64,000 bases of DNA from Myxococcota bacterium (GTDB taxonomy: Bacteria > Myxococcota_A > UBA9160 > UBA6930), in NCBI GenBank assembly GCA_965223415.1, contig OZ245002.1, positions 3,776,001-3,840,000 on the forward strand, written 5' to 3'. Under the pieces are notes generated by a model. It had not been told where the DNA came from, searched no databases, and saw only the letters and a list, made by a program, of their open reading frames with translations. This document shows, piece after piece, positions 28,408-38,354 of the stretch (its first letter is position 1; the number at the start of each line of letters is the position of its first letter). The translations under genes were made by a program, and so were the position numbers.

Positions 28408-29094
28408 ATGATCGGGTTCGGCGAGGAGCTGTGGCTCGAGGACGGTCCCACCGTCCCGTTCCTGCGGGTCCCGTACCCGACGCGCATGGCGGTGGCCCGC
28501 CTGGCGGACGGTGGGCTCTGGGTGTGGTCGCCGATCGCGCTCACGCCGGAGCTCGAGAAGGCGATCGAGGCGTTCGGCCCGGTGCGGCACCTCGTCTCGC
28601 CCAACAAGATCCATCACCTCTTCCTGGGCGAGTGGCAGGAGCGCTGGCCCGAGGCGCGGTTGTGGGCGTCGCCCGGCCTCGCCGCCAAGCGCAGCGACCT
28701 GCGCTTCGACGGCGAGCTCGGGGACGAGGCGCCGGAGAGCTGGGCGGAAGAGATCGATCAGGTGGTGGTGCGGGGCAGCCTCGCCATGGAGGAGGTGCTC
28801 TTTCACCACCGGCGCTCGCGGGCGGCCCTCGTCTGCGACCTGATCCAGCGCCACCCGCCGGGAGGCTTCTCCCGCCCGACCCGCTGGCTGATGGCCCTCG
28901 ACGGGCTCCTGGGAGAGCACGGCTCCACCCCCCGGGAGTGGCGGGCGAGCTTCTTGCGCCGGGGGCGGGCACGAGAGGCGGTGCGCACCGCTCTCGCCTG
29001 GGAGCCCGAGCGCCTGGTGATCGCCCACGGCACCTGTGCCGAGCGGGGTGCCAGCGCCGTGATGCGGCGCTCGCTCGGCTGGCTCAAGCCCTAG
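28408..29094 (+). CDS. DUF4336-family protein (MBL-like fold)
   Basis: RMAVARL, WVWSPI, VSPNKIHHLFL, EEVLFHH, IAHG. Confidence 0.8.
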   Translation: MIGFGEELWLEDGPTVPFLRVPYPTRMAVARLADGGLWVWSPIALTPELEKAIEAFGPVRHLVSPNKIHHLFLGEWQERWPEARLWASPGLAAKRSDLRFDGELGDEAPESWAEEIDQVVVRGSLAMEEVLFHHRRSRAALVCDLIQRHPPGGFSRPTRWLMALDGLLGEHGSTPREWRASFLRRGRAREAVRTALAWEPERLVIAHGTCAERGASAVMRRSLGWLKP

Positions 29095-29115
29095 GGGGGC
29101 GCGTCCAGGAGCGGC

Positions 29116-30861
29116 TCACGTCCACCGCTCTCCCGCGATCGCGTTCGCCGCGATCTTCTGGAGCGCCTTCGCCTGGTAGGGCTTCGGCAGCCAGGAGAAG
29201 CCCGGCATGGCCAGATCGATACCCGCGAAGCCCTGGGCGTCCCCGGTCGACAGGATCACGGGCAGCCCCGGCCAGCGCTTCGCGATCTCGGCGAGCACGG
29301 CTTCGCCGCCGAGCTCGGGCATCGTCGCGTCGAGGAGGACAAGCCGGAGCTCCGGATGCGCCTCGACCGCGAGCAGCGCCTCGTGGCCGTTGCGCGCCTC
29401 GAGGACCTCGAGCCCGAGCTCGCGGAGCGCCCGACCGGCGAAGCGTCTCACGGCCTCGACGTCGTCCACCACGAGAGCGCGCCCGGTGGCCTCTCCGATC
29501 GACTCCACCTCGGCGGACGGGCCCACCGCCTGGGGCGGCAGCTCGACCCGTGGCAGCACGACCCGCATCGTCGTCCCCTGGCCCGGCTCGCTCTCGACCT
29601 GCACCTCGCCGCCGTGAGATCGCACGATGCCCTGCAGCGCAGACAGCCCGAGGCCCCGGCCCGTCGGCTTCGTCGTGAAGAAGGGATCGAAGATGCGGCG
29701 CCGAACGGTCTCCTCCATTCCGCACCCGTCGTCGATCACCTCGAGCACGACACGGTCGCCGTGGGCGTGGGTCCGGACGATCACGGTCCCCGCGCCCGAG
29801 ATGGCCGCGCAGGAATTGCTGACCAGGTTCAACACCACCTGCCGGATCTGCCCCGCGTCGGCGACGACGGTCGTACGCTCGCGGGTGAGCTCGAAGCGGA
29901 GATCGATATTCGGGGCCGTCGCCGCGTGAGCCAGCGACTCGACGTGACGCACGATGTCCGAGAGCCCGAACGGGCCCGGGACCGAGCGGCTGCGTCCGGC
30001 GAAGGCCAGGAGCTGATCGGTCAGGCCCGCGGCCTGCTCGGCCGCGAGCACGATCTCCCCCGCCATCCGCCCGGTCTCTTCCCTCGGGCCGGTCACGATC
30101 AGGCTCGCGTTCCCGAGGATGGTCGTCAGCAGGTTGTTGAAATCGTGGGCGACGCCGCCCGCCATCAGGCCCAGGCTTTCGAGCTTCTGGCTCTCGAGCA
30201 TCGCCGCCTCGAGGTGGCGACGCTCGCGCTCGGCCTCCTCGGACGCCCGGCGCGCCTCGGCCAGATCGTCGAGCGCCCGCCGCTTGACCCATTCCGAGAG
30301 CAGGATCACCGCCGAGATGCCGAGAGTCAGAGAGATGACGCCCGGGTACTTCGAGAGCGCGACCTTCTCCGGGGCGAGCTGGACCGGGAACTCAAAGCCC
30401 GTGGCGCGCAGCGCCCCGAGCGCGGCCGCGAAGGTGCAGACGATGGCCATCCAGACCGCGCCCGATCGCCAACCCGACAGCAGGATCGCGATCCCCGGCA
30501 CGATGGTGACCGTGTGCAGGGCGCTGTTCGCCTCGCCTCCCGTCGAGCCGGCGACCCCGGCCACGAAGAGCAGGAGAACCGTCAGGAGTCCGTTGCTGAC
30601 GAGGTGTATCGATGCGCCTCGCGAGAACATCCGGGCGAGCAGTGCCGAGAAGAGCGCCGCGAACACGTTGCCCGCGGCCACGACCGGGAGGCCCTGGATC
30701 AGCATGGCGATCGACGTGGCCGCGTGGATGGCGGTGCTCACCACACACGCGATCGCGACGGTCCGCGCCTGGCTCAGCCGGTCCGGCTCGGCGTCGCGAA
30801 GCGCCGCCGGGACGAAGCCGTCGATGAACTCGATTCCACGCCGGGTCGACCGTGAGGCCAA
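29116..30861 (-). CDS. Membrane-bound hybrid sensor histidine kinase / receiver
   Basis: AGGVAHDFNNLL, NLVSN, DDGCGM, FFTTK, GLGL, C-terminal REC domain (LVVDD, LLDATMP, PKP). Confidence 0.92.
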   Translation of the reverse strand: MASRSTRRGIEFIDGFVPAALRDAEPDRLSQARTVAIACVVSTAIHAATSIAMLIQGLPVVAAGNVFAALFSALLARMFSRGASIHLVSNGLLTVLLLFVAGVAGSTGGEANSALHTVTIVPGIAILLSGWRSGAVWMAIVCTFAAALGALRATGFEFPVQLAPEKVALSKYPGVISLTLGISAVILLSEWVKRRALDDLAEARRASEEAERERRHLEAAMLESQKLESLGLMAGGVAHDFNNLLTTILGNASLIVTGPREETGRMAGEIVLAAEQAAGLTDQLLAFAGRSRSVPGPFGLSDIVRHVESLAHAATAPNIDLRFELTRERTTVVADAGQIRQVVLNLVSNSCAAISGAGTVIVRTHAHGDRVVLEVIDDGCGMEETVRRRIFDPFFTTKPTGRGLGLSALQGIVRSHGGEVQVESEPGQGTTMRVVLPRVELPPQAVGPSAEVESIGEATGRALVVDDVEAVRRFAGRALRELGLEVLEARNGHEALLAVEAHPELRLVLLDATMPELGGEAVLAEIAKRWPGLPVILSTGDAQGFAGIDLAMPGFSWLPKPYQAKALQKIAANAIAGERWT

Positions 30862-30986
30862 GCAGGCTCCCTCCTGAGCGGTGGCTCCATGCTACCGCGG
30901 CAGCTGTTCGCGCGGTGGCTGGGGGGCCTTCCGGCTCCTCGCACGAGAGGGACCACGTCGCATGGCTCGCGCGGGATCGTCCCGGC

Positions 30987-33095
30987 TCAGCCGCCGATCG
31001 GGACCCGCCGAAGGCGAAGCGCGTTGGTGATCACCGAGACCGACGAGAGGCTCATGGCCGCCGCGGCGAGCATCGGCGAGAGCAGCCAGCCCAGGGCCGG
31101 GTGGAGGGCGCCGGCGGCGATCGGGATGGCGAGCGCGTTGTAGCCGAAGGCGAGCACCAGGTTCTGGCGCAGGTTGCGGGCGGTCGCGCGGGCCAGGTGC
31201 AGGGCGCGGGGCAGGGCGGCGAGCTCGCCGCCCACCAGCGTCACGTCGGCGGTCTCCATGGCGACGTCGGTGCCCGTTCCGAGCGCGATGCCGACGTCCG
31301 CGGCCGCCAGGGCGGGGGCGTCGTTGATGCCGTCGCCGGCGAAGGCGACGATTCGTCCCTCGCCGCGGAGGCGCTCGACCAGGTCGGCCTTGTCGTCCGG
31401 CAGGAGGCCGGCGGCGACCTCGTCCACTCCGAGCTCGGCGGCGACGGCGCGGGCCGTGGTCTCGACGTCGCCCGTGGCCATGACGATGCGGAAGCCGCGG
31501 CGGTGGAGCTCGTCGACCAGCTCGCGGGCACGGGCGCGGATCGGGTCGGCGATGGCGAGGGCGCCGGCCGGCTTGCCGTCCACGGCGACGTGCACGACGG
31601 TGCGGCCCGCCGCGCGAAGGGCCTCGGCGTTGGCTTCGTCCACGGCCACGCCCTGGCCGGCGAGGAAGGCCGCGGAGCCGAGGGCGATCGGGCGCCCCTC
31701 GACCCGCGCGGACACGCCCTGGCCCACGTGCGCCTGGAAGCTCGCGGCTTCGGAGAGGGCGAGGCCCTGCTCGCCGGCCGCGCGGACGATCGCGTCCGCC
31801 AGGGGATGCTCGCTGCCGCGCTCCAGGCTCGCGGCCAGGCGCAGGAGCTCCTTTCCGTCGCCCCGCGGCGCGGGCATCACGTCCGTCAGCTCCGGGCGGC
31901 CCTCGGTCAGCGTTCCCGTCTTGTCGATGACCAGGGTGTCGGCGTGGGCGAGGCCTTCGAGGGCGCGGGCTTCGCGGAAGAGCACGCCGGCGCCGGCGCC
32001 GCGACCCAACGCGACCGTGATCGACATGGGGGTGGCGAGCCCGAGCGCGCAGGGGCAGGCGACGATCAGCACGGCCACCGCGGCCAGCACGCCGTGGGCG
32101 AGGCGCGGCTCCGGCCCGAGGAGCCACCACGCGCCCAGCGCGACCAGGGCGAAGAGGACCACCGCTGGCACGAACCAGGCCGCCACTGCGTCGGCCAGGT
32201 TCTGGGCCGGCGCCCGGCTGCGCTGGGCCTCGGCCACGCGCTGGGCGATGCGCGAGAGCAGCGTGTCCGCGCCCACCCGGGTCGCCTCCATCACCAGGCC
32301 ACCGCTGCCGTTCAGGGTGCCCCCGGTCAGCTCGTCGCCGGCGGCCTTGGCCACGGGGATCGGCTCGCCGGTCACCATCGACTCGTCGACGGAGCTGGAG
32401 CCGGAGACGACGACGCCGTCGACGGGCACCGCTTCACCGGGGCGTACCCGCAGCCGATCGCCCGGGTGCACGTGACAGATCGGCACGTCCTCGTCCTGGC
32501 CGTCAGCGCCGATGCGCAGGGCGCGAGCGGGCGCCCGGTCGAGGAGCGAGCGCAGCGCGTCGCCGGTGCGGCGGCGCGCGCGCAGCTCGATCACCTGGCC
32601 GAGCAGCACGAGGGTCACGATCACGGCGGCACTCTCGTAGTAGACCGCCGGGCGGCCGTCTGGGCCGCGGAAGGTCTCCGGGAAGACGTCGGGGAAGAGG
32701 GTGGCCGCCAGGCTGGCGAGGAACGCGATGCCCGTGCCGAGGGCGATCAGCGTGAACATGTTGCCGCGGCCGGCCCGGATCGACGCCCAGCCGCGGGCGA
32801 AGAAGGGCGCGCCGCCCCACAGCACGACCGGTGCCGCCAGGGCGAGCTGGATCCACGGCGAGGGCTCCCGGCCGAGGCCCATGCTTCCCATCGTCCAGAC
32901 GAGGAGCGGGCCCGCCAGCAGCGCGCACACGACGAAGCGGCGCTGCATGTCGCGCAGCTCGCCGTCGTCCTCCGCCTCGGCGCCGGGCATCGCGGGCTCC
33001 AGCGCCATGCCGCAATGAGGGCAGGGGCCGGGTTCGGGCTCCTCCACCCCCGGGCACATGGGGCAGATCCAGGTCCCTGCCCCGCCGGTGCTCAC
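30987..33095 (-). CDS. copA: Copper-translocating P1B-type ATPase
   Basis: CPMCP..CPHCGM N-terminus, [30 protein letters not shown]. Confidence 0.93.
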   Translation of the reverse strand: MSTGGAGTWICPMCPGVEEPEPGPCPHCGMALEPAMPGAEAEDDGELRDMQRRFVVCALLAGPLLVWTMGSMGLGREPSPWIQLALAAPVVLWGGAPFFARGWASIRAGRGNMFTLIALGTGIAFLASLAATLFPDVFPETFRGPDGRPAVYYESAAVIVTLVLLGQVIELRARRRTGDALRSLLDRAPARALRIGADGQDEDVPICHVHPGDRLRVRPGEAVPVDGVVVSGSSSVDESMVTGEPIPVAKAAGDELTGGTLNGSGGLVMEATRVGADTLLSRIAQRVAEAQRSRAPAQNLADAVAAWFVPAVVLFALVALGAWWLLGPEPRLAHGVLAAVAVLIVACPCALGLATPMSITVALGRGAGAGVLFREARALEGLAHADTLVIDKTGTLTEGRPELTDVMPAPRGDGKELLRLAASLERGSEHPLADAIVRAAGEQGLALSEAASFQAHVGQGVSARVEGRPIALGSAAFLAGQGVAVDEANAEALRAAGRTVVHVAVDGKPAGALAIADPIRARARELVDELHRRGFRIVMATGDVETTARAVAAELGVDEVAAGLLPDDKADLVERLRGEGRIVAFAGDGINDAPALAAADVGIALGTGTDVAMETADVTLVGGELAALPRALHLARATARNLRQNLVLAFGYNALAIPIAAGALHPALGWLLSPMLAAAAMSLSSVSVITNALRLRRVPIGG

Positions 33096-33376
33096 CGGCC
33101 GACCCGCCCGAACTTCGCGAACACCTCGAGCAGCTCGTCCTTCTTGCGCTTCCGCTCTGCGGCGCTGCCGCCGGTGAAGGCATCGGCCACGCAGGTCTCC
33201 ACGTGACTGCCGAGGATCAGCTTTCCCACCTGGTCGAGGGCGCCCCGTACGGCCGCGATCTGCAGCAGCACGTCCACGCAGTAGCGGTCCTCGTCGAGCA
33301 TGCGCTGGATGCCGGCCACCTGCCCCGCCACCCGCTTGAGCCGCTTCTCCACCGCCGTCCGCGTCGCGTCGTCCAT
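33092..33376 (-). CDS. csoR: CsoR-family metal-sensing repressor
   Basis: [26 protein letters not shown] (Cys-His-Cys ligands). Confidence 0.92.
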   Translation of the reverse strand: MDDATRTAVEKRLKRVAGQVAGIQRMLDEDRYCVDVLLQIAAVRGALDQVGKLILGSHVETCVADAFTGGSAAERKRKKDELLEVFAKFGRVGR

Positions 33377-33383
33377 ACTGGAT

Positions 33384-33412
33384 ACTATATACCCCTATGG
33401 GGTATAAGGCAA
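33384..33412 (-). promoter_or_regulatory. csoR-copA promoter with CsoR-type operator
   Basis: Palindrome TATACCCC-TAT-GGGGTATA (33388-33406); TTGCCT-17-TATAGT on the minus strand. Confidence 0.85.
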
Positions 33413-33413
33413 G

Positions 33414-33484
33414 TGAGACAAGGGGACGTTCCTTTCTGTCTCACGGCGAAGCCGTGAGACAGAAAGGAACGTCCCCTTGTCTCA
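33414..33484. repeat. REP-like inverted doublet, family A
   Basis: Perfect 34-bp arms around a GAA loop; each arm is itself bounded by TGAGACA/TGTCTCA; supplies the TGA stop of the WYL gene. Confidence 0.9.
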
Positions 33485-34450
33485 GTACCGTTCGAGGGTG
33501 GCGCGGAGCTCGCGGGCGACGGCTTCGGCGAGGGAGGCGGGCTCCAGAACGCGGACGCCGGGGCCGAAGGAGAGGATCCAGCGCACCAGCTCCTCGCCGG
33601 TGCCCACCTCCACGCGCAGCTCCACCCGGCCGTCGTCCCGGACGCTGGCCTGCTGGCTCGGGTGCCAGGCGTGCTCCTGGACGTAGAGGGCCCAGCGCGG
33701 CTCGAAGAGCAGGCGCACCGGCTCGGGAGCCTCCACCACGACGCCGAAGGAGGCGGCGGTGTAGGCATCGAAGTCGAAATCGTCCGGCACCGTGAAGGGG
33801 CGCTCGGTCAGGCTCGCCTCGCGCACCCGGTCGACGGCGAAGGTGCGCACCTCGCCGCTCTTGTGGTCGTGGCCGATCACGTAGAGGCCGCCGTTCTTGT
33901 ACCAGACCCGGTAGGGGTCCAGGTCCCGCGCGCCCCGCTCGCCGGTCCGGCCCGTCTGGTACTCCATCGCCACCGTGCGGTGCTCGAGCACGGCCTCGTT
34001 GAGCACGCGGATCACGTCCCGCAGCTCGTCGTAGCGCTTGTGGGGGCCGGGCTGGATCCGGAAGGAGTCCCGCAGCTGCTCGAGGAAGCCCGCCAGCTCC
34101 GGGCCCAGGCTCGCCCGCACCTTGGCCATGGCCGAGTGGATCGAGTCGTGGAAGACCGTGCCCTGGAGGATGCCCAGCAGGTCCTCGCCGAACGCCAGGG
34201 CCAGCACCTCGTCGGCAGTGAAGGGGGCGTCGGCGAGCTCGAAGGTCTCGTACAGGCGGTAGAAGACGCGGCCGTCGCGCTTCTCGCTCGTGACCGGGAA
34301 GCCCGCGTACATGAGCGCATCCAGATCGCGGTAGACGGTGCGGCGGTGCACCTCCAGATCCCGGGCCAGGTCGTCGAGGCCGACGCCGTAGCGGCTACGG
34401 GCCAGGCGCTGGATCAGGCGCCACTGCCGGGCGAGCTGGTCGCCGCGCAT
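33482..34450 (-). CDS. HTH-WYL-WCX transcriptional regulator
   Basis: N-terminal HTH (RRTVYRDLDAL), PYRVWY..GGLYVIG..RTFAVDRV, WILSFG..VRVLEP. Confidence 0.9.
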   Translation of the reverse strand: MRGDQLARQWRLIQRLARSRYGVGLDDLARDLEVHRRTVYRDLDALMYAGFPVTSEKRDGRVFYRLYETFELADAPFTADEVLALAFGEDLLGILQGTVFHDSIHSAMAKVRASLGPELAGFLEQLRDSFRIQPGPHKRYDELRDVIRVLNEAVLEHRTVAMEYQTGRTGERGARDLDPYRVWYKNGGLYVIGHDHKSGEVRTFAVDRVREASLTERPFTVPDDFDFDAYTAASFGVVVEAPEPVRLLFEPRWALYVQEHAWHPSQQASVRDDGRVELRVEVGTGEELVRWILSFGPGVRVLEPASLAEAVARELRATLERY

Positions 34451-34456
34451 CGGGCG

Positions 34457-35023
34457 TTACTTGTTCACCCGCTCCACGTACTCGCCGGTGCGGGTGTCGA
34501 CGCGGACCACCTCGCCCTCCTTGATGAAGAGCGGCACCTGCACGACGGCGCCGGTCTCGAGGGTGGCGGGCTTGGTGGCGCCGGAGGCGGTGTCGCCCTT
34601 CACGCCGGGATCGGTCTGAGTGATCTCCGCGTGGATGAAAGCGGGAAGCTCGATGTTGATCGGAGACCCCTTGTACAGGATCACGTCGACCTCGACGTTC
34701 TCCTTCAGGAACTTGACCGTGTCGCCCACCTGCTCCTTCGGGATCGACATCTGGTCGTAGCTCTCGTTGTCCATGAACACGAGGCCTTCGCTGTCCGCGT
34801 AGAGGAACTGCATGTTGCGCTCGTCCACGTCGGCCTCGGCCACCTTCTCGCCGGCGCGAAAGGTCTTCTCGAGCGTCCGGCCCGTGCGCAAGTTCTTGAT
34901 CTTCGTGCGTACGAAGGCGCCGCCCTTGCCCGGCTTCACGTGCTGGAAGTAGGTCATGACGAACGGCTCGCCGTCCAGCTCGATCTTGAGCCCGTTCTTG
35001 AAGTTCGACGTGTCGACCGCCAT
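34457..35023 (-). CDS. efp: Elongation factor P
   Basis: HVKPGKGGAFVR, PGVKGDTA, KPATLETG, VDTRTGEYVER. Confidence 0.97.
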   Translation of the reverse strand: MAVDTSNFKNGLKIELDGEPFVMTYFQHVKPGKGGAFVRTKIKNLRTGRTLEKTFRAGEKVAEADVDERNMQFLYADSEGLVFMDNESYDQMSIPKEQVGDTVKFLKENVEVDVILYKGSPINIELPAFIHAEITQTDPGVKGDTASGATKPATLETGAVVQVPLFIKEGEVVRVDTRTGEYVERVNK

Positions 35024-35062
35024 AAGCCGTTGGATCTCCAGGGGATTCGGGGCGGGAGAGAA

Positions 35063-35106
35063 TAGCGGCTGCGCCGTGTCCGGCTAGCGCCTGCGCCGTG
35101 TCCAGC
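35063..35106. repeat. 22-bp tandem direct repeat upstream of efp
   Basis: TAGCGGCTGCGCCGTGTCCGGC / TAGCGCCTGCGCCGTGTCCAGC. Confidence 0.8.
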
Positions 35107-35993
35107 TAGCGGCGACGGAGCGCGTCCACCATGCCCTGGACGTGCTCCCGGACGTCCCGGGCGGCCTTCTCCGGCGCCTTTCGCGAGAGGGTCTCCGGCG
35201 TGATCGCGGGCCCGTAGCGGATGCGGTAGCGCACCGGCAGCGGGATCAGGGGGAAGGTGACCGGGATGGGCAGCGTCGGCATCCCCAGGCGGCGGGCCAC
35301 GCCTTGCAGGTCCGCGATCACCGGCGCCTGGCTCTCGGGCCCCGTCAAGGCGACGGGCACCACGGGAACGTTGGCACGCACGGCCTCCTCCACGAAGCCC
35401 GGATGGAAGGGCTCCAGGAGGAAGCGGGAGAGGAAGCTCTTGCCGATGCCGGCGGCGCCCTCTGGGAACACCAGCACGCGCTCGCCGCCGGCGAGCAAGG
35501 CGCGGAAGTTCTCCCTCGTGCCGATCACCTGGCCCACGGCGGCGTAGAACGGCTGGATCACCGGGAGGTCCTGCACCCAACGGTCCACCAGCGAGCGCAG
35601 CACCCGGGGCGGGTCGCCCTGGAAGAGGCCGTCGGCGATGAGCATGGCGCCGTCGAAAGGCAGCACGCCGCCGTGATTGGCCACCAGGATGGCGGGCCCC
35701 TCTGCCGGCACGTGCTCGAAGCCGTGGCTGCGGACGCGGAACCAGCGGTGGTAGAGGAACTCGGCGAAGGGCCGGACGCGCTCGATCGCTTCCGGGTCGA
35801 GGCCGAAGGGGTCGTCCAGGGGCCGGGGAGTGCGAGGCAGGGCGCCCCGGTCGCGCAGCCGCTCGCGAAGGCCGTCGAGCGCCTGCAGCCAGAGCTCCGC
35901 CTCCTCGCCGGGAGGGCGCCGCCCCGTCGGTCCGGTGGGCCCTAGCAGGCCCTCCACCAGCTCTCCGATCGACTCCTGGTCGGTGTGCACCAT
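35106..35993 (-). CDS. Lysophospholipid acyltransferase family protein
   Basis: NHGGVLPFDG (HX4-5D), VFPEG. Confidence 0.85.
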   Translation of the reverse strand: MVHTDQESIGELVEGLLGPTGPTGRRPPGEEAELWLQALDGLRERLRDRGALPRTPRPLDDPFGLDPEAIERVRPFAEFLYHRWFRVRSHGFEHVPAEGPAILVANHGGVLPFDGAMLIADGLFQGDPPRVLRSLVDRWVQDLPVIQPFYAAVGQVIGTRENFRALLAGGERVLVFPEGAAGIGKSFLSRFLLEPFHPGFVEEAVRANVPVVPVALTGPESQAPVIADLQGVARRLGMPTLPIPVTFPLIPLPVRYRIRYGPAITPETLSRKAPEKAARDVREHVQGMVDALRRR

Positions 35994-36073
35994 TCGTGGT
36001 CAAGGTATCGACGCGAGCGGGCGACCGCCCGGACGGTCTACCCTCCGCGGCCCGCCTCCGCGAAAGGGTCACC

Positions 36074-38308
36074 ATGCTCGTCCGCATTCTCCTCGTCCTC
36101 GCGCTGCTGGCCGCCGCCGGCCTGGCCGTGATCCACTACCTGGGTACCGGCGGTGGTGTGCCGGTTCCGGACGGCGGTACGCCCCAGGCGCGAACGATCG
36201 ACGACGCCGTGGTGGCCGCCCGGGCCGCCGCCGCCGCCGCCGCCGCCGACGAGCTGGGCGTGGCCCGTCCGAAGCAGATCCTGTTCGGCGATCTCCACGT
36301 CCACTCCACCTTCTCCTTCGACGCGTTCCAGATGAGCCTGCCGATGGCGGGGGGCGACGGTGCTCACCCGGTGGCCGACGCCTGCGACTTCGCCCGCCAT
36401 TGCGCGGCCCTCGACTTCTGGTCGATCAACGACCACGCGGTGACCCTCGGCCCCCGCCGGTGGGCGGAGACCGTCGACACCATGCGCCAGTGCAATGCGG
36501 TCGGAACCGACCCGGCGAACCCGGACACGGTGGCCTTCCTCGGCTGGGAATGGACTCAGGTGGGCACGACGCCGAAGAACCACTATGGGCACAAGAACGT
36601 GATCGTGCGCGACCTCGAGGACGGGAAGATCCCTGCGCGCCCGATCAGCTCGGGCATTCCGCTTGGCGCGCCGGACGTCGAGGCCGTGGTGCCCTCGCCG
36701 CTGCTCATGGGCCTGTTCGCGCTGGCCGAGCGGGAGACCGGGGGCCCGGAGTTCGCGCGCTACCTGCAGGAGACGGCGGAGATCCAGGACTGCGAGTCGG
36801 GCGTTCCGGTGCGCGACCTGCCCACCGATTGCCGGGAGGCGGCGTCGACGCCGGAGCAGCTCTTCGCCAAGCTTCGCGACTGGAACCTCCCCACGATGGT
36901 GATCCCCCACGGCACGACCTGGGGCTTCTACACGCCGCCGGGCTCCGCCTGGGACAAGCAGATCGCGAACGCGGGCATGCACGACCCGGAACGGCAGCGG
37001 ATCATCGAGGTCTTCAGCGGCCACGGGAACTCGGAGGAGTACGAGCCGTTCCGCGAGGTCGTGTTCGAGGCGGACGGAGGCCGCAGCTGCCCCGCGCCTC
37101 AGGCGGGCTACCTGCCCTCCTGCTGGCGGGCGGGCGAGATCATCGAGGCGCGCTGCCTGGCCGAGGGCGCCGACGCGGACGAGTGCGCCGACCGGGCCGC
37201 GACGGCGCGCCAGCACTTCGTCGACGCGGATCGCAACGGCGGCGCCTCCACCGTGCCCGGTGCCACGGCGGCGGATTGGCAGGACGCCGGCCAGTGCCGC
37301 GATTGCTTCCAGCCGGCCTTCAACTACCGGCCGCGCAGCTCCGTGCAGTACATCCTGTCCCTGGCGAATCCGGAGGCCGAGGGTGAGGCGGACCGCTTCC
37401 GCTTCGGCTTCATCGCCTCGAGCGACAACCACTCCGCACGGCCCGGGACCGGCTACAAGGAGGTGAGTCGCGCCGAGTTCACCGAGGCCCGCTTCGGGAA
37501 CTTCGTGAACACGCCCCTGGGTGAGGTGCCCGAGAGGGAGCCGGTCGCCCACTCGGAGCCGATGACCACCGAGTACAGCTCGGCGGTCTTCTCGGTCTTC
37601 GAGACCGAGCGCCAGTCCTCCTTCTTCCTGAACGGCGGCCTGGCGGCGGTCCACTCGGAGGGCCGCAGTCGCGAGGAGATCTGGGACGCGCTCCAGCGCA
37701 AGGAGGTCTACGGCACGAGCGGCCCACGCATCCTGCTGTGGTTCGACCTGCTGAACGGGCCGAACGGCCGGGCCGTGCCGATGGGTGGGGGGGCGACGCT
37801 CGCCGAGCCGCCGATCTTCCAGGTACGCGCCGTGGGCTCCTTCGAGCAGAAACCCGGCTGCCCGGCGGACGCCGCGGCGGCGATGGCGCCGGAGCGGATC
37901 GAACGACTCTGCCAGGGCGAGTGCTACCACCCCTCGGACCGGCGCCGTCCGATCACCCGTCTGGAGGTGGTGCGCATCCGCCCCCAGCAGAGCCGAGACG
38001 AGGACGTGGACCCGCTGATCGAGGACCCGTGGCGGGTCATCCCGTGCAGCGGCGATCCGGCCGGCTGCAGCGCCGCCTTCACGGATCCGGAGTTCACGGG
38101 CTCGGGCCGCGACGCCCTCTACTACGTGCGGGCGGTCGAGGCCGAGAGCCCGGCGGTCCAGGCCGACCCGCTCGGCTGCACCTACGACGAGGAGGGGCGT
38201 TGCGTGACGACGGCGCCCTGCGTCGATCGGCCCTGGGACGACGACTGCATGGCTCCCACCGAGGAGCGGGCCTGGTCCTCGCCGATCTTCGTCGACCACG
38301 CCGAGTGA
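36074..38308 (+). CDS. DUF3604-family exported PHP-like protein
   Basis: FGDLHVHSTFSFDA, LDFWSINDH, SSDNH, YGTSGPRI, EERAWSSPI; N-terminal hydrophobic segment. Confidence 0.85.
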   Translation: MLVRILLVLALLAAAGLAVIHYLGTGGGVPVPDGGTPQARTIDDAVVAARAAAAAAAADELGVARPKQILFGDLHVHSTFSFDAFQMSLPMAGGDGAHPVADACDFARHCAALDFWSINDHAVTLGPRRWAETVDTMRQCNAVGTDPANPDTVAFLGWEWTQVGTTPKNHYGHKNVIVRDLEDGKIPARPISSGIPLGAPDVEAVVPSPLLMGLFALAERETGGPEFARYLQETAEIQDCESGVPVRDLPTDCREAASTPEQLFAKLRDWNLPTMVIPHGTTWGFYTPPGSAWDKQIANAGMHDPERQRIIEVFSGHGNSEEYEPFREVVFEADGGRSCPAPQAGYLPSCWRAGEIIEARCLAEGADADECADRAATARQHFVDADRNGGASTVPGATAADWQDAGQCRDCFQPAFNYRPRSSVQYILSLANPEAEGEADRFRFGFIASSDNHSARPGTGYKEVSRAEFTEARFGNFVNTPLGEVPEREPVAHSEPMTTEYSSAVFSVFETERQSSFFLNGGLAAVHSEGRSREEIWDALQRKEVYGTSGPRILLWFDLLNGPNGRAVPMGGGATLAEPPIFQVRAVGSFEQKPGCPADAAAAMAPERIERLCQGECYHPSDRRRPITRLEVVRIRPQQSRDEDVDPLIEDPWRVIPCSGDPAGCSAAFTDPEFTGSGRDALYYVRAVEAESPAVQADPLGCTYDEEGRCVTTAPCVDRPWDDDCMAPTEERAWSSPIFVDHAE

Positions 38309-38346
38309 AGAAACGGGGCCGGAGTTGAGGCTCAACTCCGGCCCCG
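38306..38346. repeat. REP-like inverted repeat, family B (AAGAAACGGGGCCRGAGTT); possible bidirectional terminator
   Basis: CGGGGCCGGAGTTGAG-G-CTCAACTCCGGCCCCG between convergent genes. Confidence 0.8.
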
Positions 38347-38354
38347 AAGTCGAA

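Noticed and set aside
33482..34450. WYL gene as a marker of a defence island
   Set aside because: Neighbours are efp, an acyltransferase and csoR-copA; no defence genes or compositional shift
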